A DNA stretch of 64,000 nucleotides from Octopus vulgaris. Taxonomy: Eukaryota. A program made the position numbers and the translations under genes. Below the pieces are notes generated by a model, which worked only from the letters and a program-made list of their open reading frames with translations, did no database searches and was not told the DNA's origin. Shown piece by piece: positions 13,012-27,689 of this stretch (its first letter is position 1; the number at the start of each line of letters is the position of its first letter). The DNA lies in NCBI GenBank assembly GCA_951406725.2, contig OX597837.1:37572001-37636000 (forward strand), in the 5' to 3' direction.

Positions 13012-14713
13012 TTGTTACTTGCACACATTAAAAGTGTGACTGAAGGGCCAAAGAGGTCCCTATATTTGACCCCAGTACTTCATCATTGTTTAATGTTTGC
13101 TCTCCACACACATCATCATCATCATCATTTAACATCTGTTTTCCATGCTCAAATAGGTTGGACAGTTCAACTGAAAACTGGTAAGCTGCACCAGGTTCCA
13201 ATCTGTTGTGGCATGGTTTCTCTGGCTGGATGCTCTTCCTAACGCCCAACCATCCAAAGAATGTAGTGGGTCCTTTTTATATGGCGTCCCAGCGTTATTG
13301 TCCTTTTGCAGTGGCATTCATCGAAGGTGGGTTGAGCCAGCTCCAGCCTACAAGTTCACCACGTTCCGCATGAATGCTGATCACATCTGAGGGTCGACTG
13401 AAGTGTGACTTGTTCCCCACTAAAAGAGCAAGCGTGTCGAAAAGCACGAATGCCATAGTTGAAGTCATCGTTTGATTTTGTGGTGTGGAGTTCATGGCCA
13501 CAGGTAAATTACTGAAACAGGTAAAAGTTAAAAAAAATACAAAGAAAAGTAGAAAAAATAGCATATCTTGTGTTAAATTACTCAGTTTTTCTCATTCGTG
13601 TCTTTTGAACTGGTTGAGAAACTATTGTAATGCTTGCTTTAGTCCATTTTCTTTTATTCTCACAGCAAAAAGCAGGGTGGAGGGGTGGAAATACCTACCA
13701 AGTCTGAGTTAATAGAATTCCATTTGTTCTATTAATAACTCGTTTGAAAATATCGTCAAAGAAATTCCTTTAATTGCCCCAGAAATCTTGCTGGAGGTCG
13801 TTGATGAGTTTTGTTGCCACGGTGACCCTAAACAGGAAGCCTTGGCGGCGAGGGATGAACGTTGCAAACGAAGTACAGAAACTAGTGTAACGATGGTTGG
13901 AGGGGGTGGGTGGGTTTTAGGTGGAGGATAAACGTTCTGGACCCTTTTGTCTCTGCTGACAACAAAGGGGTTCTACTGATTATGAATTGATGCTGGTGCA
14001 AGCAGGTTCAGCACTATGAGAAACAAAAACATAGAAAATAAATTTTTTATTTTCGAACAATGAAAAAAACCCCAGAGAAACGCGACATACAACATAAAGA
14101 ATATTCCCCTTCTTCAGTTGTCCCTGTTTCAACTACTCCACGTTTCGAAGGCATGCATGCATGCATACATACATACATACATACATACATACATACATAC
14201 ATACATACATGTGTGTATGTATATATGAAGACACATGGCTCAGTGGTTAGAGCACTGGCCTCACAATAATGAGGTAGTGAGTTTGATTCCCAGACTGGGC
14301 TCTCTGCTGTGCTCTTGAGCAAAACATTTTCATTCACGTTGGTCCAATTCACTCAGCTGTAGAAATGAGTTGTGAAGTCATTGGTGCCAAACTGTATCGG
14401 CCCCTTTGCCTTCCCCTTGGATAACATCAATGGCACGGAGATGGGATGCTGGTGTGCATGGGCGATTGCTGGTCTTCCATAACCAACCTATACCTCAGAG
14501 GGGAACTTTATAGATGCAAATCCCATGGTCATTCATGACCGAAGGGGGTCTGTATGTCTCTCTGTCTGTCTGTTCCAACTGAGATAACCATGCATCTCCT
14601 CTTCAGTAAGACCCCTATTCTTGTCCTGTCATAAATATAATCACACAAACCACATACTAAAATATCAAACTGAGCTGGTGACAACATGTAGTCACAGTGG
14701 TCATATGTATTAA

Positions 14714-15096
14714 CTAGCAGTATTGCCCGGCATTGTTTCGACCCTTTAGAATTGGAATTTTTGAAAAGTAAAAATGTTGCCTTATGTAGCTTGTTTTTCT
14801 CTTTAAGTGAACATTTTTCTGGTTGAAATACACTGAAAAATGACGACACAGCAGTCAAAAAATCGTAAAAAATAGGGATTTTCATACAAAAAAAAGCACC
14901 TTTTTGATGCTAATAATTTTTGGTGTTAACATGGTCCGATCTGAATTTTTTCTTCTACAGAAGGAAGAGCAAGTCTTCTTCTATCGTACTCTCAATTTTG
15001 GTCAACTTGCACCGCAGGGTCTCGGAGGAGATAGTGTTAATTGAAGGCTACCAAACCTGCCATACACAGACACCTTCAGCTTTATATATACAGAGA
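14714..15096 (-). mobile_element. Non-autonomous Helitron
   Basis: Minus strand begins TCTCTGTATATATAAAG and ends CAATGCCGGGCAATACTGCTAG, the same 3' end as the 8777 element, with terminal CTAG. Confidence 0.75.
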
Positions 15097-16048
15097 TAGA
15101 GATGTATAACTCTGAAGAGCTGCTCTTTTATATCCTCTCACTACCTTTCACCCTTTCGACGAGGGCCTAGCTTCTTTTTCAATTCTTTTGATACTAACCC
15201 ATTTCAGTTTGCCCTTTGTTCCATCGTACAAACTTCCTGTTTGAAAAGTAATCTAAATTGTAACCTTCCATTAAAAGTTTCAAACACCAGATTTAATATT
15301 GACAAAGTTCATTAGTTTCAAAAGTAATTGAAACAAAGACAGGGTATTTCAAGAGAAATTTGGTAACGCAAGGGTTAAAGTGATCTAAATTGGAACTTTC
15401 TTCCACAATTTCATGTTAATTTAAGTTCCAAACGCAAGCTTAAAATCGAAGTCATCATCACCATCATTTAATGTCCGCTTTCCATGCTAGCATGGGTTAG
15501 GCGATTTGACTGAGGGCTGGCAAGCCAGATGGCTGCACCAGGCTCCAGTCATGATCTTGCAGAGTTTCTACAGCTGGATGCCCTTCTTAACGCCAACCAC
15601 TCCAAGAGTGTAGTGGGTGCTTTATGTGCCGCCGGCACGAGGGCTAGTCTGGCAGTACTGGCAACATCCACGCTCAAATGGTTAGTTAATTAGTTAGTTA
15701 GTTAATTTTTGGCTCAAAAGCAAATAGCAAGGCCATGTAGGGGGACATGGAGTTAAGTACAGGGTGGTGTTCATGTAAAGAGTTCAGGCCACTTGAAGTC
15801 AAGGGAGACTTTGAACAAAGCGGTCGTCGGCATCTTCACCATCTCGTCTGGCAGCTTGTTCCACGGATGGTGTTTTTTACGTGCCATTTTAGTCATTTTA
15901 CTAAATTCTTTATTTCCAAAATTTATTGAAACAGAAATTCACAAAAAAAAAAATTAAAAGGTTAAAGTGATCTAGATTAAAATTTTTCATTAAAATTTCC
16001 TGTTAATTTATGTTCCGAACACCAGCTTAATAATGATAGTTATTTCTA

Positions 16049-16638
16049 GGCGAGAAGCTGGCAGAAACGTTAGCACGCCGAGCGAAATGCGTAGCCGTAT
16101 TTCGTCTACCGTTACGTTCTGAGTTCAAATTCCGCCGGGGTCGATTAAATAAGTACCAGTTACGCACTGGGGTCGATATAATCGACTTAATCCGTTTGTC
16201 TCTCCTTGTTTGTCCTCTCTGTGTTTAGCCCCTTGTGGGTAGTAAAGAAATAGGTATTTCGTCTGTCGCTACGTTCTGAGTTCAAATTTTGTCGAGGTCG
16301 GCTTTGCCTTTCATCCTTTCGGGGTCGATTAAATAAGTACCAGTTACGCACTGGGGTCGATATAATCGACTTAATCCGTTTGTCTGTCCTTGTTTGTCCT
16401 CTCTGTGTTTAGCCCCTTGTGGGTAGTAAAGAAATAGGTATTTCGTCTGTCGCTACGTTCTGAGTTCAAATTACGCCGAGGTCGACTTTGCTTTTCATCC
16501 TTTCGGGGTCGATTAAATAAGTACCAGTTATGCACTGGGGTCGATTAAATAAGTACCAGTTATGCACTGGGGTCGATACAATCAACTTAATCCGTTTGTC
16601 CTCTCTGTGTTTAGCCCCTTGTGGGTAGTAAAGAAATA
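16049..16638 (+). mobile_element. SINE family B head-to-tail trimer (about 184-bp period)
   Basis: Junction AAAGAAATA|GGTATTTCG at 16253 and 16437. Confidence 0.85.
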
Positions 16639-17786
16639 TATTTCTAAATTCTTCATTACTTTCAAAATTAATTGAAACAGGAGTGTGGCTGATGCCAGTG
16701 CCACCTGACTGTCACGGGCATGTAAAGAGCACCATTCATGCATGACTGATGCCAGTGCTGCCTGACTGGCACCTGTGCCGGTGACACGTAAAAAGCACCC
16801 TTTACACTTTCATAGTGGTTGGTGTTAGGAAGGGCATCCAGCTGTAGAAATCATGCCAAATCAGACTGGAGCCTTGTGCAGCCTCCTGGCTTGCCAGTTC
16901 TCAGTCAAACCATCCAGCCCATGTCAGCATGGAAAGCGGACATTAAACGATGATGATGATGATGATGAAAGACTATACATCTGTTAAAATTCACTGCCTT
17001 TTATTTCAATTAATATTGGAAAGGAATGAAGAATTTAGTAGACCAATTTCATCACCGTTAAGCTGGTGTCTGGAACATAAATTAACATGGAATTTTTACT
17101 GAAGGTTTTAAAACAAAATTACTTTAAAACAGGGAGTCTGTATCAAAAACCAGGAATGGTCTTGGATAAATTGGTGTCTAAAATATTGAGTAATAAATCT
17201 TGCCAAGTTTAACTCCACATCCTTCTTTCAATGGAGATGAATGCAGATCAGTTAAGTCCATCATCATCAATGTTTTGATATCTGCTTCTCCATGGTTCCA
17301 TGGGTTAGACAGAATTTACTGAGGCAGATTTTCTAAGCGGTGCTCTAGCATGGTCGCGGTCAAATGACTGAAACAAGTAAAAGAGTAAGCCCGAGTACCC
17401 TTCCTGCTGTCAGCTAATCCTCACCTGTTTCCAAGAAAAGCAATATTATCCCATGTCTAGACATATTTGTATAAAAGACTGGGAAATACTTAGGACCACT
17501 TGTTTGTATAATGCTGATATTTGCCTACGACTATCACGGAATACAACAAGCCAGATGATTTCATTGAGCTTCAATATCAACTTTGGCATGGTTTCTACAG
17601 CTGGATGCCCTTCCTAATGTCAACCTGTTTACTGGGTTCTCTTTTCCATTGCACCAGCACCAGAGGTCACCAAATAACTCATAGGACCAGACCCTTTGAC
17701 AGAACGGGGGAGGGGTACAGTATTGAGGGCAGTGGCTTTGTGCTAAGTGTTGAGAAGTTAACATGTGTGCGTGTGTATGTATAGGT

Positions 17787-17826
<40 letters not shown>

Positions 17827-18072
17827 TATTCAAAGAAATTCCAACTCTGTTTTTTATGTTTTATTTATATTCTTTATAATATTAATGTAGAATATAGAAT
17901 AAATAGTATAAATAATATATATATAGTATAATGAAATGAAGTATTGATTGTCTTATTGAATAGATGAAATATTGAATATAAAATATTAAGGGACTAGTAT
18001 ACTTTATTGCATTAAAGCAGTCTTTAAGGTCCCTGGTTGTGACGGGAGTGTTTCAACTGTCCTATATATATA

Positions 18073-18470
18073 TCTATTATATAAAATCTGTTCTGTCTGT
18101 CTGTGTGTGTGTCTTCTAGGATCTCGGGCATCCTCCATCCGATTGCGTTCAAATTTGATATGTAGATACCGACGGTATCAGGGCATGTATAAGTCTTGAA
18201 AAAATTACAAAAATCGATTCCAGGTGAGAATGCGATCGATAAAGCCGTGGGAACGTGCATTTGTAAAATCGTTTTTCTTGGAATAGAAAAAATGTCTATC
18301 CTTATTTCTTCTTTATTTCTTGTTACATTAACGAGTCTTTTTGCAATTAATTAATACAGACTAAATGGTACTTTAACGAGTCTATTTCCAATTAATTAAT
18401 ACAAACTAAATGGTACTTTAACGAGTCTATTTATAATTAATACAAATTCAATAGTATTTCTGCCATACAT
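18073..18470 (+). mobile_element. Helitron-like 5' fragment
   Basis: TCTATTATATAAAA start followed by a CTGT/GT tract; internal ~45-bp repeats; no 3' end seen. Confidence 0.45.
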
Positions 18471-19141
18471 TCTTTCTAATTGAGGCAGGCCAAAATACCA
18501 TCTACCTCCTTCATAATGTTAAGAGGTTGGTGATAAGAGAGGTATCCTGCCATTAGAAAGAAAAAGGCTGTTGACGAAGAGCCGTAACGAGTGGTGGAGT
18601 ATTGTGTGGAACCGATCGATCCATGCCAGCATACTCTTTACTCTTTTACTTGTTTCAGTGATTTGACTGCAGCCATGCTGGAGCACCGCCTTTAGTCGAG
18701 CAAATCGACCCTGGGACTTATTCTTTGTAAGCCCAGTACTTATTCTATCAGTTTCTTTTGCCGAACCGCTAAGTGATGGGGACGTAAACACACCAGCATC
18801 GGTTGTCAAGCAATGCTAGGGGGACAAACACAGACACACAATATACACACACACATCATCATCATCATCATCATCGTTTAACGTCCGCTTTCCATGCTAG
18901 CATGGGTTGGACAGTTCAACTGGGGTCTGGGGAGCCCGAAGGCTGCACCAGGCCAGTCAGATCTGGCAGTGTTTCTACAGCTGGATGCCCTTCCTAACGC
19001 CAACCACTCCAAGAGTGTAGTGGGTGATTTTATGTGCCACCGACACAGGTGCCAGACGAGGCTGGCGAACGGCCACGCTCGGATGGTGTTTTTTATGTGC
19101 CACCGACACAGGTGCCAGACGAGGCTGGCAGATGGCCACGC

Positions 19142-19187
<46 letters not shown>

Positions 19188-19973
19188 TACGACAGGCTTC
19201 TTTCAGTTTCCGTCTACCAAATCCACTCACAAGGCATTGGTCGGCCCGAGGCTATAGCAGAAGACACTTGCCCAAGATGCCACGCAGTGGGACTGAACCC
19301 GGAATCATGTGGTTGGTTAGCAAGCTACTTACCACACAGCCACTCCTGCCCAGCATGGGGAAGATTAAATGTAAAATGGGAATGCCAATAATGTTTTCAG
19401 TCTACAACGATGGTGGTAGTGGCTGTGGGTACATCTTTCTGGCAGAATCCTTGTTAACCGAGAAACTCAAAATAAGAAGAAGAAAAGATAAGAAACCTTT
19501 CAGCAATGCGAGATGGTTACAAGGAGGAAGAGGACAGAGAGCACTTCTGAGGAGGAGAAGAAGAAACAGTTTAACCGAGCAGAAGCCAGAGTGTGTGTGT
19601 GTTTCTTCTCTCCATCACCAGGCGGTGTTAGTGTGCCAAACAGGAAGTTGATAAAAACTCTGCCAGGAAATCTAGTTTACTTAACAAAAGTCAAGGAAGG
19701 AACAAATTAATGTATATATATTATATATATATATATATGGGTGTGTATACATGTGTGTGTATATGTAATGTGTGTGTGTGTGTATAATATATGGGTGTGT
19801 ATACATGTGTGTGTATATGTAATAAATGGGTGTGTGTGTGTATAATATATGGGTGTGTATACATGTGTGCATATGTAATAAATGTGTGTGTGTGTATAAT
19901 ATATGGGTGTGTATACGAATGTGTATATGTAATATATGGATGTGTACATACACATACACACATAATATATGGG

Positions 19974-20016
<43 letters not shown>

Positions 20017-21685
20017 ATGTGTATATATATGAGTATGTGAGTGTTTATAATTTATTTGTTATAAATGTCCATATCCAAGAATGTGTGTATAAGTACGTAT
20101 GTGTGTATATATATATATATATATAGTGTATGCTTCTGTTAAAAAGTACAAAAAAATAGGGCAGAAACACTAAAGTAAAGTACTAAATGCATAGAAGCAG
20201 TGGGTGTATATGCATACACACACACACACACACACACGATGCATGCCAGGCTGTGTGGTTTAGAAGTTTACAAACATTGTTTTTAGGTTCAGTCCCACTG
20301 AACAGAACCTTGGGCAAATGTCTTTTACAATAGCACAGGATCAACCAATGCCTTTTTGAATGAATTGGGCAGATGGGAACTACAAACGGGGTTGGGGGAA
20401 TTTGCACATTAATTTCACGAGCAGGCTGTTCTGTTGATTGGATCAACTGGAACCCTTGTTGTCATAACCGATGGAGCACCCATTTACTATATGTGTGTGT
20501 GAGTATGCATTTGTGTATGTATGTATGTAGAGGTGCTGGCATGGCTGTGTGGTAAGAAGTTTGCTTCCCAATCATATAGTTCTGGGTTCAGTCTCACTGT
20601 ATGGCACCTTTGGCAAGTGACTTCTATAGCCCAGGGCCAACCAAAGCCCTGTGAGTGGATTTGATAGATAAAAACTGAAAAGAAGCCTGTTGTATGTATG
20701 TATGTATTTCTAATTTATATATATATATTATATTTTGTGAAATTTGATTTAATATTTCTAAATTGAATTTTTCCCTGTAAGTTTGGAATAATATTCCCTC
20801 ATATATAATATAATATATGAATGTATGTATGTATGTATAATGTGTGTGTGTGTGAGTGTGTTTAGGTTTTGTTTCCTTGTCTTGAAATGATTGTCACTGT
20901 CACACAGGTAGGGCCATTCATTTCCAATATTCTGTGGAAACAAGTTTGGCCATGGAGAGAGATTATCTTTCTTGGAAACGGGAAATATTATCTTCCTTGG
21001 TCAGAGACAGGAAGGGCTGCTGGCCATAGAAAATCTGCCTCAGTGGACTGCATGAAACCCATTAGGATTTCAAAAAAGTAGACATTAAAAGATGATGATG
21101 ATGGTATATATGTTGTAAGTGCAGTCATTGCTTTGTTAAGGAGCTTGCTTCTCAGCAATATGGACTCAGGTTCAATCCCACTGTGTGGCACCTTGGACAA
21201 GTGTTTTCTAAATTAGCCCTGGGCTGGCCAAAACCTTGTGAGTGAATTTGATAGATGGAATCGTGTGTGTGTGTGTGCTCATTGAGTGTTGTGATCACAC
21301 TCATGAGGTAGTGAGTTCGATTCCTAGACTGGACTGTGTGTTGTGTTCTTGAGCAAGACACTTTATTTCACATTGCTCCAATTCACTCAACTGTAGAAAT
21401 GAGTTGTGACATCACTGGTGCCAAGCTGTATCGGTCTTTGCCTTTCTTTTGGATAACACTGGTGGCGTATAGAGGAGAGACCGGTATGCATGAGCGACTA
21501 CTGGTCTTCCATAAAAATCATTGCCTGGACTTGTACCTCAGAGGGGAACTTTCTAGGTGCAATCCCATGGTCACGACCAAAGGGGTCTTTACACTTTTAT
21601 ATATATATATGTGTGTGTGTTTGTGTCCACCCTTGTCTTTACATCACATGATAGTTGTAAATGAGCATCATTGTCATAAAATTAA

Positions 21686-21906
21686 CCCTTTCATTACCAA
21701 CCCGGCTGAAACCGCCTCTGGCTCTGTAGTACAAATGTCTTGTTTTCAAAAGTTCTGAATTAAAATCTTCCACCAAACCTTGTTCACAATTTATGTTCCT
21801 AACACTAGCTTAATGATAACTAAGTTACTTTACTAAATTCCTCGTTATATTTAAAGTAATTGAAAGAAATTCAAAGCATCTCAAAATAAATACAGTAACG
21901 AAAGGG
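21686..21906. mobile_element. piggyBac-type MITE (about 220 bp)
   Basis: TTAA TSD on both sides; TIR CCCTTTC(A/G)TTAC. Confidence 0.9.
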
Positions 21907-22914
21907 TTAATGCTAGTTTCCAGTCTTCAGTGAAAGCATGGTTTGGGATATTACCTTGTTCGGAAACAGGTGAAGGTTGGTGACCGGAAGGGGCATCCGA
22001 CTGGAGAAAATCTGCTTCATCATCATCATCATCGTTTAACGTCCGTTTTCCGCGCTAGCACGTGTTGGACGGTTCGACCGGGGTCTGGAAAGTCAGAAGG
22101 CTGCACCAGGCTTCAGTCTGATCTGGCAGTGTTTCTACAGCTGGATGCCCTTCCTAACGCCAACCGCTCTGCGAGTGTAGTGCGTGCTTTTTACGTGTCA
22201 CCGGCACAGGTGCCAGGGGAGGCTGGCAGCTCCACGATCGGTTGGTGCTTTTTACGTGCCACCGGCACAGAAGCCAGTCAAGGCGGCACTGGCATCGGCT
22301 TCAAAAATATAAAAAAAGAAAAAAAAAAACACTGTCCAACGCATGCCAGCATGGAAAAGTGAACTTTTAGATGATGACGATGTTTGTGTGTGTGTATGTG
22401 TGTGTCAAAAACTTCATTGTGACTCATTACTGGAAGTGTAGTGCTCTCTCTCTTCTCTCTCTCTCTCACCATGAGAACAAGAAACTTGGATTTGCATTGA
22501 GTCTCCTAAGACGTACATCTCCGCTCATGCATATGCATATTCGTACGGGTATGCACATACAGACGTGTGCATGCATAGGGAGACATACATGTGTGTTTGC
22601 ATGTAATATCTGACAGTCTATGAAAGGATTTTTCTTCTTTTTGTGTCGCTACGCTTCATGTGTTTATCATAATTGTAATAGAATAGAGTTTGCAGTGATG
22701 GGTTTGTCCCAGGAGAGACCATCCACTGATCGCAGTCTATGGTAGTTGTTATTGGCCAACCGCACATTGTGAAACAAGCTCATTACAAACCACTATAGCT
22801 ATTTATTTGCCAATCGATACACACTTTGGGTTTTTTTTGTTGTTGTTTTTTCAATTATCTTTTTTTTCTTCTCTTTTTTTGTTTTCCTTACTTTGAGTTG
22901 GCGTTGAGCCATTT

Positions 22915-23170
22915 TTTATATATATATATATGTCTACATGTATATGTGTATATGTACACACACACACACACACACACGCAAACAAGGCACAGATATATAT
23001 ATATATATATGCATACATACATATATGCACACATATATACAGACATATATACATATATATGTGTAAATATACATATATATTTATATATACACATATGCAT
23101 ACACATACAGATATACAAACATACAGATACACACACACACATTTATATATATATATATATATATATACAT

Positions 23171-23201
<31 letters not shown>

Positions 23202-23274
23202 CATACACACATACATATATATATATATACATACACACATACATATATATATATATACATACATACACACATAC

Positions 23275-23305
<31 letters not shown>

Positions 23306-23332
23306 CACACATACATATATATATATATATAT

Positions 23333-23363
<31 letters not shown>

Positions 23364-23420
23364 AACAAACATCTATACACACATATACATATATATATAT
23401 ATACATACATACACACATAC

Positions 23421-23451
<31 letters not shown>

Positions 23452-23476
23452 CACACATACATATATATATATATAT

Positions 23477-23509
<33 letters not shown>

Positions 23510-23750
23510 AACAAACATCTATACACACATATACATATATATGTAAATATATACATACACATACATGTTTACATATACACTTGTACATATGCATATATTT
23601 ACATTTATACTTATGCATTTATACACTTATATAAATGTATACATCTATATATATATATATATATACATATATATATACACACACATACACAAACATCTAC
23701 ATCTACACACACACACCAATGCATGCATGCAACAAACATACACATACACA
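22915..23750. repeat. (TA)n/(CA)n microsatellite field
   Basis: Direct inspection; similar fields at 3700-3995, 19710-20125, 32250-32530, 44800-45195, 56680-57527 and 59245-59555. Confidence 0.9.
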
Positions 23751-24009
23751 TGAATGTGTGTGTTTGTTTATTATTTTGGTAAATAAATTACGTGGCGAGG
23801 AATAAATGATGCCAAGGGTTCGAAAATGTGGTGGAAATGGAGTTTGGAAGTGAACGGAAGAAGACGTACAGGCATACACCAAAGTGACAGAATCGACCGG
23901 GAATTGAAACGAAGTTTGGCTGTGGGGGTGGGGTGGGGGTAGGAAGAAAGTAAATAATGTGAGACATCTGCAGTAGTGGTGTTGTGTGTGTGTGGGGTGG
24001 GGTGGAGTA

Positions 24010-25450
24010 CATCAGTACCATCACCATCAGCAGCATCAGTTACCATCATCATCATCATCATCATCTTGATCGTCGTCATCACTACCTGTGCCATCTTCAC
24101 CCTTCACCACTTTGTTTTGACAACACCACCATCCCCCCATCATCATCATCATCACTATCACCACCACCATCATCATCATCACTATCACCACCACCATCAT
24201 CCTCATCACTATCACCATCACCATCATCACCATCACCACCATCCTCATCACTATCACCACCATCATCATCACTATCACCACCACAACCACCACCACAATC
24301 ATCACCACAACCATCATCATCACCATCACTATCACCACCACCACCATCATCATGTCCACCATCATCACCACCACTACCATCCGCTACCACCACTACCATC
24401 ACCACCACCACATGTCGTCTCGTCAACATCCGGGTTCCTATGTAGTTGCTGAACTTGCTAGACATAGTAACCAAATTTCCTCAAACCACACCCTGTCCTC
24501 TTTGAGAAAAAAAACAAAAACAGGAAAACAGACCACGCCCACATTGGACAACATCAGTGAAGCTATTCTTAAAAATATGGGATGGTCATGGCTGGATCAA
24601 GTCAGGGCTGACCTAGGGCTAAACAACACTTCAACACTACCACACACACACACATCTTACTACATATGCAGACACATCATCTTATTACTACTTTTACCAC
24701 CACCACCACCACTATGTTCCACTACTACATGTACACCATTTTACTACTACCACAACACATACTAACTCCACCACCACTACACTCAGATACCACTTGCTAC
24801 TACTACCATTACCACCACCACCAACAATAACAATAATATGACCACTGCGCTACTGCCAACACCATTGCTATCAGACTCCACCCCAATGCATTTCTACCTC
24901 TACACATTGCTACTACTACCACCACAACATCGTTGGCACCAGCACATGTTGACATCATTATGCACCACACCACCTCTGCCACCACCACCACCACAACATC
25001 AACAATGCACCACCATTATGACCCACCACTATCAGTACCACCAGCATCACCGCAATCACCACCACCACCACCATCATCACTGCAGCCTCCACCACAACCT
25101 TCATCACTGCAGCCTCCACCACCACTATCACAACTACCACCACCACCACCATCATCACTGCAGCCTCCACCACCATCACAACTACCACCACCTTCATCAC
25201 TGCAGCCTCCACCACCATCACAACTACGACCACCACCACCACCATCACAACTACGACCACCACCACCACCATCACAACTACGACCACCACCACCATCATC
25301 ACTGCAGCCACCACCACCACCTTCATCACTGCAGCCTCCACCTTCATCACAACTACCACCACCACCACCACCATCATCACTGCAGCCACCACCACCACTT
25401 TCACCATAACCCCCGCCACAACCACCCTACACCCCACCACCACCACCACA
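24010..25450. repeat. CAC/CAT trinucleotide repeat fields (24010-24410 and 24960-25450)
   Basis: Direct inspection; source of the poly-His, Pro/Ser and Val ORFs. Confidence 0.9.
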
Positions 25451-25854
25451 TTAATATTATTATCTGTTGCCTATCATTGTAAGCTGATCGATACTCACTG
25501 CCACCCCACCCCCACCCTCTCCCCCCCCACTTGTCAATACCGTATCAATACGTGAGCGTCTGTTGCGTGGTGTTACTCTGTAGATGTTGAGACAAGCGTC
25601 GTCGGCACCTCTTGGAGAAGATGACTTTCAACACTTCCACTCCCCTCTTTCCACCGGCACATGCTTTCTCACCCCCACCCTCGCTTGCCCTTCCCCACCC
25701 ACCACCTTAACATCTCTGCACCCCCACCCCACCCCACCCCACAACTGCCTCTTCTTTGATGTACTGTCTGTCAGTCTCTCTCTCTCATTCTTTCTCTCTT
25801 GGAATTGTCTCAAATTTGATATCAACATTTGTTCCCTTTTCCCCCTGTTCTCTT

Positions 25855-26183
25855 ATTTCTCTCTCTCTCTCTTTTCTCTCTCTCTCTCTCTTTTCTTTCT
25901 CTCTCTCTCTTTTCTCTCTCTCTCTCTTTGTCTCTCTCTTTCTCGCACTCTCTTTTCTCTTTCTCTCTCTTTCCCTCTCTCTCTTTTCTCTTTCTCTCTC
26001 TCTCTTTTCTCTTTCTCTCTCTCTTTTCTCTCTCTCTCTTTTCTTTCTCTCTCTCATTTTCTCTTTCTCTCTCTCTCTTTTCTCTTTCTCTCTCTTTGTC
26101 TCTCTCTTTCTCGCACTCTCTTTTCTCTTTCTCTCTCTTTCCCCTCTCTCTCTTTTCTCTTTCTTTCTCTCTCTCTCTCTCTC
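25855..26183. repeat. CT-rich polypyrimidine repeat
   Basis: Direct inspection; a similar tract with internal repeats lies at 1993-2350. Confidence 0.9.
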
Positions 26184-26465
26184 ACATCATTTCCCCATGT
26201 TTGGCTATTTTACCTTCCCATATTTACCGTTCTTCCCTTCATCTCATTATGTCTTTCAACACCGCAACCCCACTTTTCTCTTATCCGGGTCCTTCTATCC
26301 CTCTTACTTCCAGGAGTGAATAAAAAATCCTCAAACTGGGCCCCTTAGATACTAACATGGGCCCCCCCCCATATATGGATTCTAATGGCGCAGGGACCAC
26401 CTTGCCATCAGGCAAGCTGACAACCTGGCCAGTCCACCGCTGAGTATATCAATACTGCTTCTTAA

Positions 26466-27080
26466 CCCTTTCGTTACTGTATTTATTTTGAGATGCTCTG
26501 TGTTTCTTTCAATTCGCCAGCCTCGTCTGGCACCTGTGTCGGTGACACATAAGAAAACACCATCCGAGCGTGGCCGTCTGCCAGCCTCGTCTGGCACCTG
26601 TGTCGGTGGCACATAAAAAACACCATCCGAGCGTGGCCGTCTGCCAGCCTCGTCTGGCACCTGTGTCGGTGGCACATAAAAAACACCATCCGAGCGTGGC
26701 CGTCTGCCAGCCTCGTCTGGCACCTGTGTCGGTGGCACATAAAATCACCCACTACACTCTCGGAGTGGTTGGCGTTAGGAAGGGCATCCAGCTGTAGAAA
26801 CACTGCCACATCTGACTGGCCTGGTGCAGCCTTCGGGCTTCCCAGACCCCAGTTGAACCGTCCAACCCATGCTAGCATGGAAAGCGGACGTTAAACGATG
26901 ATGATGATGATGATGATGATAACAAAGAGTTTAGTGAAATAACTTAGTTATCATTCAGCTAGTGTTAGGAACATAAATTGTGACTAAGGTTTGGTGGAAG
27001 ATTTTAATACAAAACTTATGAAAACAAGACTTTTGTACTCAGAGCCAGAGCCGGTTTCAGCCGGGTTAGTAATGAAAGGG
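26466..27080. mobile_element. piggyBac-type MITE in opposite orientation, interrupted by a family C element (26515-26919)
   Basis: TTAA TSDs at 26462-26465 and 27081-27084; internal sequence matches the 21686 copy. Confidence 0.85.
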
Positions 27081-27689
27081 TTAAAACATTATACTTGAAT
27101 AATATAATTTCCTGAGACTAGCGCTGATTCTTTGATACAAACTTCATGTTTTAAAGCAATCTAAATTAAAACCTACCATCAAAATTTCATTTTAATTTAT
27201 GTTGCAAACATCAGCTTAGTAACGACTAAGATACTTTACTAATTGCTTCATTATTTCCAAAATAAATTGAAACAAAGGCAGCATATCTCATTAGCAATAT
27301 GGTAACGAAAACATTAAAGCAATCTAAATTAAAACTTTTCATCAAAATTTTGATTCCAAACCAGAGTTAATAATGGCAGTTATTTCTGTAAATTCTTCAG
27401 CAATTTCAAAATAAATTGAAACAAAGGGAGCAGAAATATGGCAACAATGGTTAATTTACATTGCAAATTTACAAATATCAACAAAGCAACGCTATTACTA
27501 TGGGCTGTTGGGGCTGAACCATTCTCTATCATCAGACTATGGAGTCTCAACATAGTTGTGTAGACAAAAAAATAATGTGGCTGAAATGCTCATCGTTTGC
27601 GTTAACACAACCTAGATTTTTGCTACGTGCTTGGAAATGAAGTCAAGGCCAAGCCAACATATTTTGTTATAAAAGTACAATTTGATTGC

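Noticed and set aside
23976-25482. Long His-rich, Pro/Ser-rich and Asp/Gly-rich ORFs
   Set aside because: Open in several frames on both strands because CAC/CAT repeats lack stops; no splice or domain evidence.
25584-26348. 254-aa Leu/Ser/Phe ORF and RE-repeat ORF
   Set aside because: Translation of a CT microsatellite.
26515-26760. HDV-like or twister ribozyme in family C internal repeats
   Set aside because: Hairpins exist (TGCCAG/CTGGCA), but I could not fit the required nested pseudoknots or catalytic residues.
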